A stretch of 64,000 nt of DNA from Candidatus Doudnabacteria bacterium (GTDB lineage: Bacteria; Patescibacteriota; Doudnabacteria; UBA920), in assembly GCA_963837465.1 (NCBI GenBank), contig CAWINB010000004.1, positions 793,078-857,077 of the forward strand, written 5' to 3'. The position numbers and the translations under genes are program-made. Shown one piece after another: positions 19,197 to 29,434 of this stretch. The notes below the pieces were generated by a model. The model had not been told where the DNA came from. It was given only the letters and a program-made list of their open reading frames with translations, and made no database searches. The first letter of the stretch is position 1; every line of letters begins with the position of its first letter.

Positions 19197-20273
19197 ATGA
19201 CAATTGGCATAGAGGCCCAGCGGGCCAATCATCCTCAAAAAACCGGAGTTGAGCATTATGCCAAGCAATTGATTTTGCGCCTGGCCCAAATTGACCGGGT
19301 AAACAATTATACTTTGTATTTAAGGACCAAGCCCGAAAGCTGGTTTTTAAGTTTGCCGCCGAATTTTAAACTTAAGGTTATGCCGTTTCCGCTGTTTTGG
19401 ACGCAGTTGCGCCTGAGCTGGGAAATGTTGGTTGACGCGCCGGAAGTTTTATTTATTCCCGCTTCCGCCCTGCCGCTTCTGCGCCCCAAAAAATCCGTGG
19501 TCACAATCCACGATCTGGGCTGGAAGTTTTACCCGGAGAGTTTCACCTGGTTTATGAGAAATTTTTTGGATTGGTCAACGGGGTTCGCGGCCAAAAATGC
19601 CTCTAAAATTATAGCTGTTTCGGAAAGCACCAGGCGGGATTTGATAAGGTTTTACAAAATTGATCCGGCTAAGGTCAGTGTTGTGCATCATGGGTACGAG
19701 CCAGATTCCAAATTCCAGATTCCAAATTCCAAATTGGATTTGCCGGATAAATATGTTCTGTTTCTATCCACTTTGCAGCCCAGGAAAAATCTGGAAGGGT
19801 TAATTGACGCTTTCAGGCGGCTAAAGGACGAACATCCCGAGCTGCCGCATAAGCTGGTTGTGGCCGGCAGGCCCGGCTGGAAGTTTAAAGCCATCCTGAA
19901 TAAAATCCAGGCCAACAGCGATATTGTGATTTACCTAAACCACGTTTCCGACGCCGAACGTTTTGCCCTGGTAAAACGCGCCGAACTTTTGGTTCTGCCT
20001 TCCTTTTATGAAGGTTTTGGAATGCAGATTTTGGAAGCTTTTGCCCAAGGGGCGCCGGTCGCCGTGTCCGGCGCTTCCAGTATGCCGGAAGTTGCCGGGG
20101 AAGCCGCCGTTTATTTTAACCCCGGCAACATAAATGAAATTGCAGCCGCGATTAAAAGTATTCTGCTGGATAAGTCTTTGGCAGACAACCTGCGGGAAAA
20201 AGGTTTTAGGCGGCTGAAGGATTTTAGCTGGGAAAAATGCGCGGAAGAAACGTTAAAGCTTCTTACGAATTGA
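19197..20273 (+). CDS. GT4 glycosyltransferase
   Basis: GT-B fold; C-terminal EGFGMQILEA motif typical of GT4 (RfaB-like). Confidence 0.8.
   Translation: MTIGIEAQRANHPQKTGVEHYAKQLILRLAQIDRVNNYTLYLRTKPESWFLSLPPNFKLKVMPFPLFWTQLRLSWEMLVDAPEVLFIPASALPLLRPKKSVVTIHDLGWKFYPESFTWFMRNFLDWSTGFAAKNASKIIAVSESTRRDLIRFYKIDPAKVSVVHHGYEPDSKFQIPNSKLDLPDKYVLFLSTLQPRKNLEGLIDAFRRLKDEHPELPHKLVVAGRPGWKFKAILNKIQANSDIVIYLNHVSDAERFALVKRAELLVLPSFYEGFGMQILEAFAQGAPVAVSGASSMPEVAGEAAVYFNPGNINEIAAAIKSILLDKSLADNLREKGFRRLKDFSWEKCAEETLKLLTN
19701..19735. repeat. Tandem repeat (CCAGATTCCAAATT x2 + CCAAATT) inside the GT4 CDS
   Basis: Direct reading; encodes the inter-domain linker PDSKFQIPNSKL. Confidence 0.7.
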
Positions 20274-21883
20274 AAAAGCTGGAAATATACTTAATCTCTA
20301 AAAGCCGTATGACCAAAGATTTTATCGCCAAAATTAAGGAACTGCCGCGTTTGCGGCTGTTGATAATATTGTTCACTGTCTGGCAATATGTAAGCGTGGC
20401 CGGTATGGCCATACTTAACTGGCCGACTTTTTTTATCTGGCTAAACACCGGACTGCTGCTCGGTTTTATTTTGGTGTGCCCGGTTTACGAATCCCTGCTG
20501 CTGCTTATTTTATCCATTCCGTTTTCCGTGGCTTTGCCCAATTCGCGTTTTGACAGCCTGCCGATGTGGCGCGTTTTATACATTGCCTTGTTCCTGGTCT
20601 GGTTCGTTAAAGATAAAAGATTAAAGATAAAGGATATCCACTTCCTGCCCTGGGATAAATATCTGGCCTGGTTTTTGGGCATAGGCCTGCTTTTGGCTTT
20701 TGTATTCGGCAGTTTCCGCCTGGAAGCCGTAAAGCAGGCTTTATTCTGGCTGAATATTTATTGTCTTTATATAGTTTTGATAAACACGCCGCGCGGCAAA
20801 CAGCAAATTTTTGAACTCATCCGTTATGTTATTTGGGCCCTGGTCATAATTATTACTCTGGGTTTTACCCAGCTTATTGGCACCTTTTTAACCAATCTTA
20901 ATACTTTTTGGGTTTATTGGGACGTCAACATAGCCAGGCTTTATTACGGCAGCAGCTTTGCCGGCGTGGCGCTTTATTCCAATTCCTGGTTTTCCTATTC
21001 AGGAGCCACGGAATTGCGGATGTTCTCCATAATGCCGGACTCGCAAAGTTTTGCCTATATTTGTTTTATCGGCCTGTGCATGGGCACGGCTTTAACCCGG
21101 GGCGTGTTTAAGCACGTAAAAAAATGGCTGTGGAGCGGTATCCGTTTCGCCGCTTTGGGCATGATTCTTTCCGGTACGCGCGCGGTTTGGGTAGGCATGG
21201 TAGCGCCGTTTTTGGCCGTGATAATCGCCTATTACAAAAATTTCCAAAGGCATTTGGCCAAAAAATTCATCTGGCCGTTTTTGATTATTTTTATTTTATT
21301 CGCTTTGTCGCCGTTTATTAACGATGGCCTGGCCTACCTGCAAGTCAACGCTTTCCACGAAGATTTTTTGCTCCGCGCCGAAAGCATTTACAATTTAAAC
21401 GAAGCTTCCAACCGCGGCCGCGTTGCCATGTGGAAAAACAGCGGGGAATTTTTCCTGCGCCATCCCTGGGGCGTGGGTTTTAATAATTTTTTGATCTCCT
21501 TTAACAAAAAAACGCCGGGTGAAAGCTATGACCAGCTGGCCAACCAGGTTAACTCCAATTACAACCTGCCGGTAAAGGATATTTCCGCCCACAGCCTGTA
21601 TCTGCAGGTTTTGGTGGAAACCGGAGTGGCGGGTTTTGGCTTCTTCGCGGCTTTTTGGCTTTGCGTCATGAGATATTTTTGGAAGTTCATCAAAGATTAT
21701 AAAAAAACCGAAGACTTTTTGGTTTATTTTGTGGCCCAGGCGCTGCTGATGGTTTTGTGGATTTTAGCCGCGGCAATTTTTGACATTACTTTGCTCAACG
21801 ACAAGGTTTTAATGTTCTTTTTTATTAACCTGGGGCTGGCGGGGTTGATTGTAAAACGATATCACGAGTATGAAGGGGATTAA
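20237..21883 (+). CDS. O-antigen ligase/polymerase-family (Wzy_C) membrane protein; likely true start at 20309
   Basis: Polytopic membrane protein; HSLYLQVLVETG Wzy_C-like motif; first 24 codons overlap the previous gene. Confidence 0.7.
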   Translation: MRGRNVKASYELKKLEIYLISKSRMTKDFIAKIKELPRLRLLIILFTVWQYVSVAGMAILNWPTFFIWLNTGLLLGFILVCPVYESLLLLILSIPFSVALPNSRFDSLPMWRVLYIALFLVWFVKDKRLKIKDIHFLPWDKYLAWFLGIGLLLAFVFGSFRLEAVKQALFWLNIYCLYIVLINTPRGKQQIFELIRYVIWALVIIITLGFTQLIGTFLTNLNTFWVYWDVNIARLYYGSSFAGVALYSNSWFSYSGATELRMFSIMPDSQSFAYICFIGLCMGTALTRGVFKHVKKWLWSGIRFAALGMILSGTRAVWVGMVAPFLAVIIAYYKNFQRHLAKKFIWPFLIIFILFALSPFINDGLAYLQVNAFHEDFLLRAESIYNLNEASNRGRVAMWKNSGEFFLRHPWGVGFNNFLISFNKKTPGESYDQLANQVNSNYNLPVKDISAHSLYLQVLVETGVAGFGFFAAFWLCVMRYFWKFIKDYKKTEDFLVYFVAQALLMVLWILAAAIFDITLLNDKVLMFFFINLGLAGLIVKRYHEYEGD

Positions 21884-21922
21884 ATAAAATTAACAAATTT
21901 GTTAATTTAAAAATTTTACTTA

Positions 21923-22969
21923 ATGCCAAAAGTCACCGTCATCCAGGTTATTTATAACAACCGCCGGTTTATCGAGCCGGTATTTTCGGCTGTCTTTAAT
22001 CAAAGTTATAAAGATATTAACGTCGTGGCGGTTATCGCGGGAAACGATGACGGCGGCAAAGAATTATTGGCCGAAAAATTCCCCCAGGTGGAAATTATTG
22101 ACCCGGGCTTTAACATCGGCTTTTCCGCCGGGCATAATTTGGTTTTTGACAAATGCGGCAACCTCACCCCCTCCCTCTCCTCAAAAGGAGAGGGAGCGTC
22201 TGAATTTTTCCAGTTGGTCAACCCGGATATGGTTATGGACCCGACCTACATTGAAAATATTTTAAAAGCTTTTGACGACCCCAAAGTCGGCGCGGCAACG
22301 GGAAAGTTGTATCAGGTTGATCGCGATGCCATCGTAGACACAAGGGGAATCCTTTTGATGCAAAAGGATTCCCCTTGTGTCCTGGACACGACCGGAGTTG
22401 TGATTTCCAAATCCGGACGCGCGAGGGACCGGGGACAACATGAGGTTGATAACGGACAATATGACCGATTAACATCAGTTCAGGCTGTTTCCGCCGCCGG
22501 GGCAATGTATCGGAAGACGGCCTTGCAAGCTGTCAGCTGTCAGCTGTCAGCTGACAGATCTTCCCGCGAGTACTTTGATCAGGACTTTCACAGTTACTGG
22601 GAAGACGTAGATTTAACCTGGAGGATGTCCAACGCCGGCTGGAAAAATATTTTTGTCCCGTCCGCGGTTGCTTATCACGGCAGGGGAGCGGCGGCATCGG
22701 AAAACGGCTACGCCGATGTTCTAGGTTTCATCAGCCACCACAAAAAATTGTCTCCCCGCGTCCGGAAGCTAAACTACCAAAACCACATTTTTATGTACAT
22801 AAAAAACTCGCCCTATTTTTACCCCCATTTTTTTGTCCGGGAATTTTTTATGTTTTTTTATATCCTGTTTTTTGAAACCGGCACTTTAAAAGTTTTACCG
22901 CGAATGTTTAAATTATTGCCAAAGATGTGGATGAAAAGAAAATTAATTCAAAGTTCTGTGTCGCCCTGA
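21923..22969 (+). CDS. GT2 glycosyltransferase
   Basis: TVIQVIYNN...D.D GT-A signature; contains an in-frame hairpin insert at 22171-22196 and a heptamer SSR at 22528. Confidence 0.75.
   Translation: MPKVTVIQVIYNNRRFIEPVFSAVFNQSYKDINVVAVIAGNDDGGKELLAEKFPQVEIIDPGFNIGFSAGHNLVFDKCGNLTPSLSSKGEGASEFFQLVNPDMVMDPTYIENILKAFDDPKVGAATGKLYQVDRDAIVDTRGILLMQKDSPCVLDTTGVVISKSGRARDRGQHEVDNGQYDRLTSVQAVSAAGAMYRKTALQAVSCQLSADRSSREYFDQDFHSYWEDVDLTWRMSNAGWKNIFVPSAVAYHGRGAAASENGYADVLGFISHHKKLSPRVRKLNYQNHIFMYIKNSPYFYPHFFVREFFMFFYILFFETGTLKVLPRMFKLLPKMWMKRKLIQSSVSP
22528..22555. repeat. Heptanucleotide SSR AGCTGTC x3 + AGCTGAC inside the GT2 CDS
   Basis: Direct reading; the unit length is not a multiple of three. 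Confidence 0.8.
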
Positions 22970-23390
22970 ATTTATTTCAGGACCCATTTTTAAGATTATG
23001 GATTGTGAAACGAGTTCGGGATCGTATAAAAAACAGGCGTCACCCCAAACGTCAGTGTAAGAATCCCGGTAATTAGATTCTTTACTGCGTTTAGAACGAC
23101 GCCATAAGCTAGGGGACAAACTTGATAAAAAGTTGCGTGTATTCGGGGTAAGACGTGCCGGGTGCGTGCACCCGAACCGTGGTTTTTACGCCCCTCGTAA
23201 ACTCCACGAAAGCGCCAGCAGGGAGGTCTTCGGCACACGGATTATGCCCACCGAAGTTCCATGTTTTACCGAAATAGCTATTATTGTTGTATTTTTGGCA
23301 AAACAGTTTATCCCCAGCTTTAATGACCAGATTTTGCATCTACTCCTCCATTTCGCCGATTGCGAATAACAAAATCTACCATATATATAT

Positions 23391-24368
23391 ATGCCTTTAG
23401 TCAATAAGCAGATTGATTTATCAATCGTCATCCTCTCCTACAAATCCAAATCCCACCTGGAGGTTTTACTGCCGAGTGTTTTCGATAGTTTTGGGGTTGA
23501 TTTTTCAACTCCAAAACTATCGTCCGACGAAGCCTTGGCGAAGTCGGATGGGGATCGGGCGGCCAAGGCTCGCCCCTACACCGCCGAAATAATCATAGTA
23601 GACAACGACTCTCGCGACGGAACCGCGGAATGGATAAAAGCGGAATTCTGTGATTTTGACGGCCGTCAAAATCACAGAATGGTTTCCTTGATCGAGAATT
23701 CCAACAATGGTTTTTCCAAAGGAAATAATCTTGGAATAAAACAGGCCTCCGGCAAATATATTTTGCTGCTTAATCCCGACACCAGGCTTGAGCCCGGAAC
23801 TTTAAAAACTATGCTGGATTTTATGGACAGCCGGCCGGATGTCGGGATTTCCGGATGCAAACTTATTAAAGCCGACGGCAAGCTGGATGTAGCCTGCCGC
23901 AGAAGGTTTCCAAACCCATCCAATAGTTTTAAACGGCTGTTCCTGATGGACCGCATAGACTATAATTATTCCGATATCGATCAAGATAAGGAAATGGAAG
24001 TAGACAGCGTGGTCGGCGCGTTTATGCTTATCCGAAAATTAGCCCTGGATAAAACCGGCCTCTTGGACGAAATTTTTTTTATGTACGGTGAAGATTTGGA
24101 TTTGTGCTGGCGCTGCGAGGAAGCGGGGTTTAAAGTCTGGTATTATCCCAAAACTTTTATCCATCATTACAAAGGCGAGTCCAGCCGCAAAACGCCGTTT
24201 AAATCGTTAAAAGATTTCCATAACGCCATGTGGATTTTTTACAAAAAGCATTACGCTAAAAATTACTTCGTAATTTTTAATTGGCTGGTATGGTTGGGAA
24301 TTTATGCGCGGCTGGCCGTCTTGGTGATTATCAATAAATTCAAAGCCAATCCCAGTGTCAGCAAATAG
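23391..24368 (+). CDS. GT2 glycosyltransferase (rhamnosyltransferase-like) with in-frame palindromic inserts
   Basis: IVILSYKS...IIVDNDSRDGT...GFSKGNN GT2 motifs; extra segment DSFGVDFSTPKLSSDEALAKSDGDRAAKARP. Confidence 0.75.
   Translation: MPLVNKQIDLSIVILSYKSKSHLEVLLPSVFDSFGVDFSTPKLSSDEALAKSDGDRAAKARPYTAEIIIVDNDSRDGTAEWIKAEFCDFDGRQNHRMVSLIENSNNGFSKGNNLGIKQASGKYILLLNPDTRLEPGTLKTMLDFMDSRPDVGISGCKLIKADGKLDVACRRRFPNPSNSFKRLFLMDRIDYNYSDIDQDKEMEVDSVVGAFMLIRKLALDKTGLLDEIFFMYGEDLDLCWRCEEAGFKVWYYPKTFIHHYKGESSRKTPFKSLKDFHNAMWIFYKKHYAKNYFVIFNWLVWLGIYARLAVLVIINKFKANPSVSK
23645..23680. repeat. 36-bp perfect palindrome attctgtgattttgACGGCCGTcaaaatcacagaat, in frame within the GT2 CDS (P3 family)
   Basis: Direct reading; encodes EFCDFDGRQNHRM; related copies at 56846 and 60780 share the ACGGCCGT centre. 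Confidence 0.8.
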
Positions 24369-24406
24369 CGTGCCCGATTTTCTGGGCGTCCTTAAATCTC
24401 ATCAGC

Positions 24407-24427
24407 GCCGATAAATCGGCGCGCTAC
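24407..24427. promoter_or_regulatory. P4 motif GCCGATAAATCGGCGCGCTAC upstream of ctpA
   Basis: Identical 21-mer to 738..758. Confidence 0.5.
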
Positions 24428-24492
24428 GCAGGGTTTTGGTATTTTAAGCAAAAGCTGTTATAATTTAAAAACTTAAACTTTATATTTTATCT

Positions 24493-25770
24493 ATGGATTC
24501 GCAACAAAACCAGTCGCAAGAACAAAACCAAAAATCAAAAAAAACAGGCGCTTATTTTATAAAAGGAGTAGCATTTTTGCTTATTATAGTAATCTCCTAT
24601 TCCGTCGGCTACCAAGCCGGGCATAAAGGTTTTATTTTTAATCCCAAAACTTTTAGCGTCATCAACGAAAATAACGCGCCCCAGACCGTGGACTACAACT
24701 TGCTGTGGGACACCATTAAAATTTTAAACACCAAATACATAAACCAGCCCATTGACCAGCAAAAAATTCTTTACGGAGCGGTTTCCGGAGCCGTGGCCGC
24801 GGTGGGCGACCCGTATACGGAATTTTTCGCGCCGCAGGATTTGCAGAACTTTCAAACCCAGCTGGCCGGAAATTTTGACGGCATTGGCGCCGAAGTCGGG
24901 GTTAACTCAAGCGGGAATATAGTTATTATCGCGCCCATAGCCGGCTCGCCCGCGCAAAAGGCCGGAATTTTGGCCGGAGACGTAATTGCCGGGGTCAATG
25001 GACAGTCCACTGCCAGCTGGACCGTGGACCAGGCCGTGGATGCCATTCGCGGGCCAAAAGGCACAACCGTTACTTTAAGCATTATCCGGGCCGGCAAAGA
25101 TAAAGCCTTTGACGTAAAAATTGTCCGCGACACTATTGTAATTAAAAGCGTCAACTGGACTTACAAGACCGTAACCGCCGCCAACGGTCAAAGCGAAACT
25201 ATTGCCATTGTAACCATAAGCGAATTTGGCGGCGACACCACATCCCTGTTTGGCCAGGCGGCCAAGGATATTTTAGCCCATCGCGTAAACGGCATAGTTA
25301 TAGATTTGCGCAACAACCCCGGCGGCTATTTGCAAAGCGCCGTGGATGTGGCTTCTTACTGGGTAAAAGCCGGAGACGTTGTGGTGTCCGAAGACCACAG
25401 CGACGGTACCAGCATAGTTTACAAAGGCGAAGGCAACCCCGAACTGGCCGGCATTAAAACCGAAGTTTTGATAAACGGCGGCACGGCTTCGGCCGCGGAA
25501 ATTCTTTCCGGCGCGCTGCGTGACCACGGTTTTGCCCAGCTTATCGGCCAAAAAAGTTTCGGCAAGGGCAGCGTGCAGGAATTGGATGATTTGCCGGGCG
25601 GCAGCGCCATTAAAGTCACGATTGCCAAATGGATAACTCCGGACGGGATAAACTTAAACCACAACGGTTTGAACCCCGACATTCCGGTCGCCATAACCCA
25701 GGATCAAATCACTGCCGGCAAGGATCCTCAAATGGACGCGGCAATAGCCCAAATTACAAATTCCAAATAA
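24493..25770 (+). CDS. ctpA: Carboxyl-terminal processing protease (S41 family) with PDZ domain
   Basis: PDZ GDVIAGVNG; S41 catalytic region GGTASAAEI and K. Confidence 0.85.
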   Translation: MDSQQNQSQEQNQKSKKTGAYFIKGVAFLLIIVISYSVGYQAGHKGFIFNPKTFSVINENNAPQTVDYNLLWDTIKILNTKYINQPIDQQKILYGAVSGAVAAVGDPYTEFFAPQDLQNFQTQLAGNFDGIGAEVGVNSSGNIVIIAPIAGSPAQKAGILAGDVIAGVNGQSTASWTVDQAVDAIRGPKGTTVTLSIIRAGKDKAFDVKIVRDTIVIKSVNWTYKTVTAANGQSETIAIVTISEFGGDTTSLFGQAAKDILAHRVNGIVIDLRNNPGGYLQSAVDVASYWVKAGDVVVSEDHSDGTSIVYKGEGNPELAGIKTEVLINGGTASAAEILSGALRDHGFAQLIGQKSFGKGSVQELDDLPGGSAIKVTIAKWITPDGINLNHNGLNPDIPVAITQDQITAGKDPQMDAAIAQITNSK

Positions 25771-25846
25771 CAAATTTCAAACAAAATCCCAAAAGTCAAA
25801 ATTTAATTATTTGACATTTATTGGAAATTTGAAATTGGAAATTTGA
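25750..25846. repeat. CAAATTN heptamer run (x5) and its inverse complement (GGAAATTTGAAATTGGAAATTTGA) flanking a TTGACA box
   Basis: Direct reading at the ctpA-alaS junction. Confidence 0.6.
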
Positions 25847-27801
25847 TATTATTTAAAATGCCCAACATTACCGCTCAGGAACTCCGAACCAAATATCTTG
25901 AATTTTTTAAATCCAAAGGCCACGCTATCATCCCTTCGGCGTCTTTGGTGCCGGAAAACGACGCTACAACTTTGTTCACAGGCAGTGGTATGCAGCCAAT
26001 GGTACCTTATTTGCTGGGCGCGCGGCACGCCAAAGGCGCCAGGCTGGCCGACTCGCAAAAATGTTTCCGTTCCCAGGACATAGAAGAGGTCGGCGATAAC
26101 CGCCACACGACTTTTTTTGAGATGCTCGGCAACTGGTCGCTGGGCGATTATTTTAAACAGGAGCAGATTCCCTGGATGTTTGAGTTTCTAACCGGCGAGG
26201 TCGGCCTTGACCCAAAAAATTTGTACGTTACCGTTTTTCGCGGCAAGCAAGATATAGGCGTGGCGCGCGATGAGGAATCGGCAACTATTTGGGAAAGCCT
26301 GTTTATGGGAGCCGGTCTGGACGCAAAAATTGTGGATTTTCCGGAAAGAGACGGTTTGCAAAACGGCAGGATTTTTTATTATGACGAAAGCAAAAACTGG
26401 TGGTCGCGGGTCGGCGTAACGGCCAATATGCCGGTTGGGGAACCCGGCGGGCCTGACTCGGAAATGTTCTGGGATTACGGGGCGCATTTGCTAATCCATG
26501 AAAAATCTCCATACAAAGACCGGCCTTGCCATGTTAATTGCGATTGCGGGCGCTTTGTGGAAATCGGCAATAATGTGTTTATGCAGTACGTTAAAACCCA
26601 AACAGGGTTTGAAAAACTGCAGCAAAAAAATGTGGATTTTGGCGGGGGACTGGAAAGAATCCTGGCGGCGGCCAACGGCCAGCAGTCGGTTTTTGATACC
26701 GACATTTTTGACCCGATGTTCCAGGTCCTGGAGCTGGACCAGGAAATAATGACCAACGACGAAGTCCGTAAAGCGCGGATTATTTTGGACCATGTCCGCG
26801 CGGCCGTATTTATTGTCGACGACGGCATTGAGCCGTCCAACAAGGACCGTGGTTATGTGCTTCGCCGTTTGCTTAGGCGCGCCATGGTTATGGGGCGTTT
26901 GTTGAATTTAAAATTGCACTGGCTGGAGGCATTAGTCGGAAAAGTTATAGCCACCTACGCCCAAGCCTATCCCGATTTGGTGGAAAATTCGGAAAATATT
27001 TTTGAGGTTATAAAAAATGAGCAGGAGAAGTTTGAGGGAACGCTGGAAAAGGGGTTGAAGGAATTTGAGAAGCTAGTGAGGATGCCATCCGATGTAGGGG
27101 CCGGGCTTGCCCGCCCGCTTTCTGATGACGGGCGGCTAAAGCCAGCCCTTACAGAATCATTGATAAGCGGAAAAGATGCTTTTGACCTTTATCAAACTTA
27201 CGGTTTTCCCTGGGAACTTACCAAAGAACTGGCCGAACAATCCGGACAAAAAATAGACCACGCGGAATTTGAATCCGAATTTAAAAAACACCAGGAACTT
27301 TCCCGCACCGCGTCCGCCGGGCAGTTTAAAGGCGGTTTGCAGTCGCGCTCGGATAAAATCGTGCGGCTCCATACCGCGACTCACTTGATGAACGCGGCGC
27401 TCCGCCAGGTGCTTGGCGACAACGTTTGGCAAAAGGGGAGTAATATTACGGAAGAAAGAACCAGGTTTGATTTTACGCATAATAAAAAAATGACGCCGGA
27501 AGAAATCCTGTCCGTGGAAGCTTTGGTCAACGACTGGATAGCGCGCGACTTAAAGGTAAAAAAAGAAATTATGCCCTACGAACAGGCTCGCCAGCTTGAT
27601 GCCATTGGCGTGTTCGGTGAAAAATACCCGGACACCGTGTCTATATATACGGTTTACGATGAAAAATCAGGTGAAATAATAAGCCGCGAATTCTGCGGCG
27701 GCCCGCACGTGGAGCATACGGGAGTAATCGGCAAGTTTAAGATACAAAAAGAAGAAGCCTCATCTGCCGGAGTAAGAAGAATTAAAGCAGTTATTAGTTA
27801 G
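25843..27801 (+). CDS. alaS: Alanine--tRNA ligase, short form lacking the C-terminal C-Ala/DHHA1 domain; start may be Met at 25858
   Basis: Class II catalytic core (FTGSGMQP, RHTTFFEMLGNWS), editing-domain HxxxH and CGGPHV; ends after the editing domain at 652 aa. Confidence 0.85.
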   Translation: MILFKMPNITAQELRTKYLEFFKSKGHAIIPSASLVPENDATTLFTGSGMQPMVPYLLGARHAKGARLADSQKCFRSQDIEEVGDNRHTTFFEMLGNWSLGDYFKQEQIPWMFEFLTGEVGLDPKNLYVTVFRGKQDIGVARDEESATIWESLFMGAGLDAKIVDFPERDGLQNGRIFYYDESKNWWSRVGVTANMPVGEPGGPDSEMFWDYGAHLLIHEKSPYKDRPCHVNCDCGRFVEIGNNVFMQYVKTQTGFEKLQQKNVDFGGGLERILAAANGQQSVFDTDIFDPMFQVLELDQEIMTNDEVRKARIILDHVRAAVFIVDDGIEPSNKDRGYVLRRLLRRAMVMGRLLNLKLHWLEALVGKVIATYAQAYPDLVENSENIFEVIKNEQEKFEGTLEKGLKEFEKLVRMPSDVGAGLARPLSDDGRLKPALTESLISGKDAFDLYQTYGFPWELTKELAEQSGQKIDHAEFESEFKKHQELSRTASAGQFKGGLQSRSDKIVRLHTATHLMNAALRQVLGDNVWQKGSNITEERTRFDFTHNKKMTPEEILSVEALVNDWIARDLKVKKEIMPYEQARQLDAIGVFGEKYPDTVSIYTVYDEKSGEIISREFCGGPHVEHTGVIGKFKIQKEEASSAGVRRIKAVIS

Positions 27802-27804
27802 GTT

Positions 27805-28056
27805 ATGTTTACAAGAGAGCATGCAAAATTACCAAGAAACCCTGAGACCTATCCTGTGAAATTGGATATTGTGCCTTCCTTGGTAAATGACGAAAGAGAT
27901 CTCCGTGAACATTTAAATATGGGCAACAGGGTGGTGTTCGCAGGCTATGAATCTCCTCAGAGAGAAATTAAAATACTAGTAGGCACACAGGTTCATGCCG
28001 ACTTGGAAGCTGAACTGGGCTTGCCCACTTACCCCCCCCCCTTACTGGTAGCATAA
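27805..28056 (+). CDS. Hypothetical protein in an AT-rich, atypical-codon segment; the ORF is probably longer (to 28200) after correcting the C10 tract
   Basis: 83-aa ORF ends just after a C10 run; the +1 frame stays open to a TGA overlapping the next gene's ATG. Confidence 0.4.
   Translation: MFTREHAKLPRNPETYPVKLDIVPSLVNDERDLREHLNMGNRVVFAGYESPQREIKILVGTQVHADLEAELGLPTYPPPLLVA
28032..28041. repeat. C10 homopolymeric tract
   Basis: Direct reading. Confidence 0.9.
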
Positions 28057-28198
28057 CAATTGACAGAGAAGGAGTTTTAAAATGGAGCGATAATATAGAT
28101 TACTACTTTCAACAAATCGGAATTGATGACCAAAAAGCAAGAGAGTCTTTAAAAAATTCCACAATTGATAGAATTAAAAGAATTTTAGGTTTGATTAA

Positions 28199-29365
28199 AT
28201 GAAACTTGAATTTTATAATTGCCCAAAGCCGGCTGATGCAACTTCGGTAAAATTGCCGGAGACCCCGGAGTTCGTAAACTACGAGCCGGATTTTGGCATG
28301 ATGAAAGAAATATCAGCCCAATATCAGCAATATCCAAATATCCTGGTTATTGGCCACGGCGGCAGTATTACTTCTTTTTATGGTTTTTATAATGTTTTAA
28401 TTGAGCAGGCCAAAAAACAGGTTTATTTTTTATCTACGGTGGATCCCGATTATATTTTTGAGCTAAAAAAACAACTCAAACCCGAAAATACTTTGGTCAT
28501 CGCCGTTTCCAAATCCGGCGAAACCACCACCCAAATAGAAATGTTGGCCCAATTTTTGGATTTTCGGCTGTTGATTATTACCGGCAAAAGCAGTCCCCTA
28601 AGGGCTATAGGAGAAAAGCTGAACGCCAAAATCGTCACGCATCCCAGCATCGGCGGCCGTTATACCGGCCTTACAGAAGTCGGTCTTTTGCCCGCGGCCA
28701 TAGCCGGACTGGATGTGGAAGGGCTTTACGAGGGAGCCAAAAAGTTTTACCAGGTTTATGACAAAGAAAATTTGGCCTGGAAAGCCGCGTCGGTGTTTTT
28801 TCAACTGGAGCAAAAAGGTTTTGTAGATGTGTTTATGCCGTTTTATTCCCGCAATCTTTTTGCCATGGGAAATGTTATTGTCCAGCTCTGCCACGAATCT
28901 TTCGGTAAAAACCAAAAAGGCCAGACTTACTTTGCCCACGAAGCGCCGGAAAGCCAGCACCATACCAACCAAAGGTTTTTTGGCGGCCAAAAAAATATTG
29001 CCGGATTTTTTGTCTCCAGCGAAAGCTTTAACCATCCTGCATTGACCGTCTACCCGCCAGCCCTGCACAGCGTGCAAATTAAAGGCCGCGCCCTGTTTGA
29101 TATTAATAAAATTCCCCTGGAAAAAGCCCTGGAGTTTGAGCTTTACGGCACTTTGGAAGACGCGCGCATTAGCGGCATACCGTTGGCGCTTTTGGAGACG
29201 GCCAGTTTTTCCGCCCGCGAAATTGGCGGCCTGTTGGCTTTTTGGCAGCTCTACGCGGTTTACTCCTCGGCTTTGCGCCAGGTTAACCCCTTTGACCAGC
29301 CCCAGGTGGAAAACAGCAAGATTATCAGTTTCAATAAAAGATTGGCTTATAAGGGGTTGCTGTAA
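28199..29365 (+). CDS. pgi: Glucose-6-phosphate isomerase (short SIS-domain form)
   Basis: AVSKSGETTTQIE and GGRYTGLTEVGL match the PGI signatures. Confidence 0.7.
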   Translation: MKLEFYNCPKPADATSVKLPETPEFVNYEPDFGMMKEISAQYQQYPNILVIGHGGSITSFYGFYNVLIEQAKKQVYFLSTVDPDYIFELKKQLKPENTLVIAVSKSGETTTQIEMLAQFLDFRLLIITGKSSPLRAIGEKLNAKIVTHPSIGGRYTGLTEVGLLPAAIAGLDVEGLYEGAKKFYQVYDKENLAWKAASVFFQLEQKGFVDVFMPFYSRNLFAMGNVIVQLCHESFGKNQKGQTYFAHEAPESQHHTNQRFFGGQKNIAGFFVSSESFNHPALTVYPPALHSVQIKGRALFDINKIPLEKALEFELYGTLEDARISGIPLALLETASFSAREIGGLLAFWQLYAVYSSALRQVNPFDQPQVENSKIISFNKRLAYKGLL

Positions 29366-29434
29366 TTGACGCTCAAAATCAGCCGTATTACAATGGTTTT
29401 GAATAAGGAGTCAGGAATTATGAATTATGGATGG

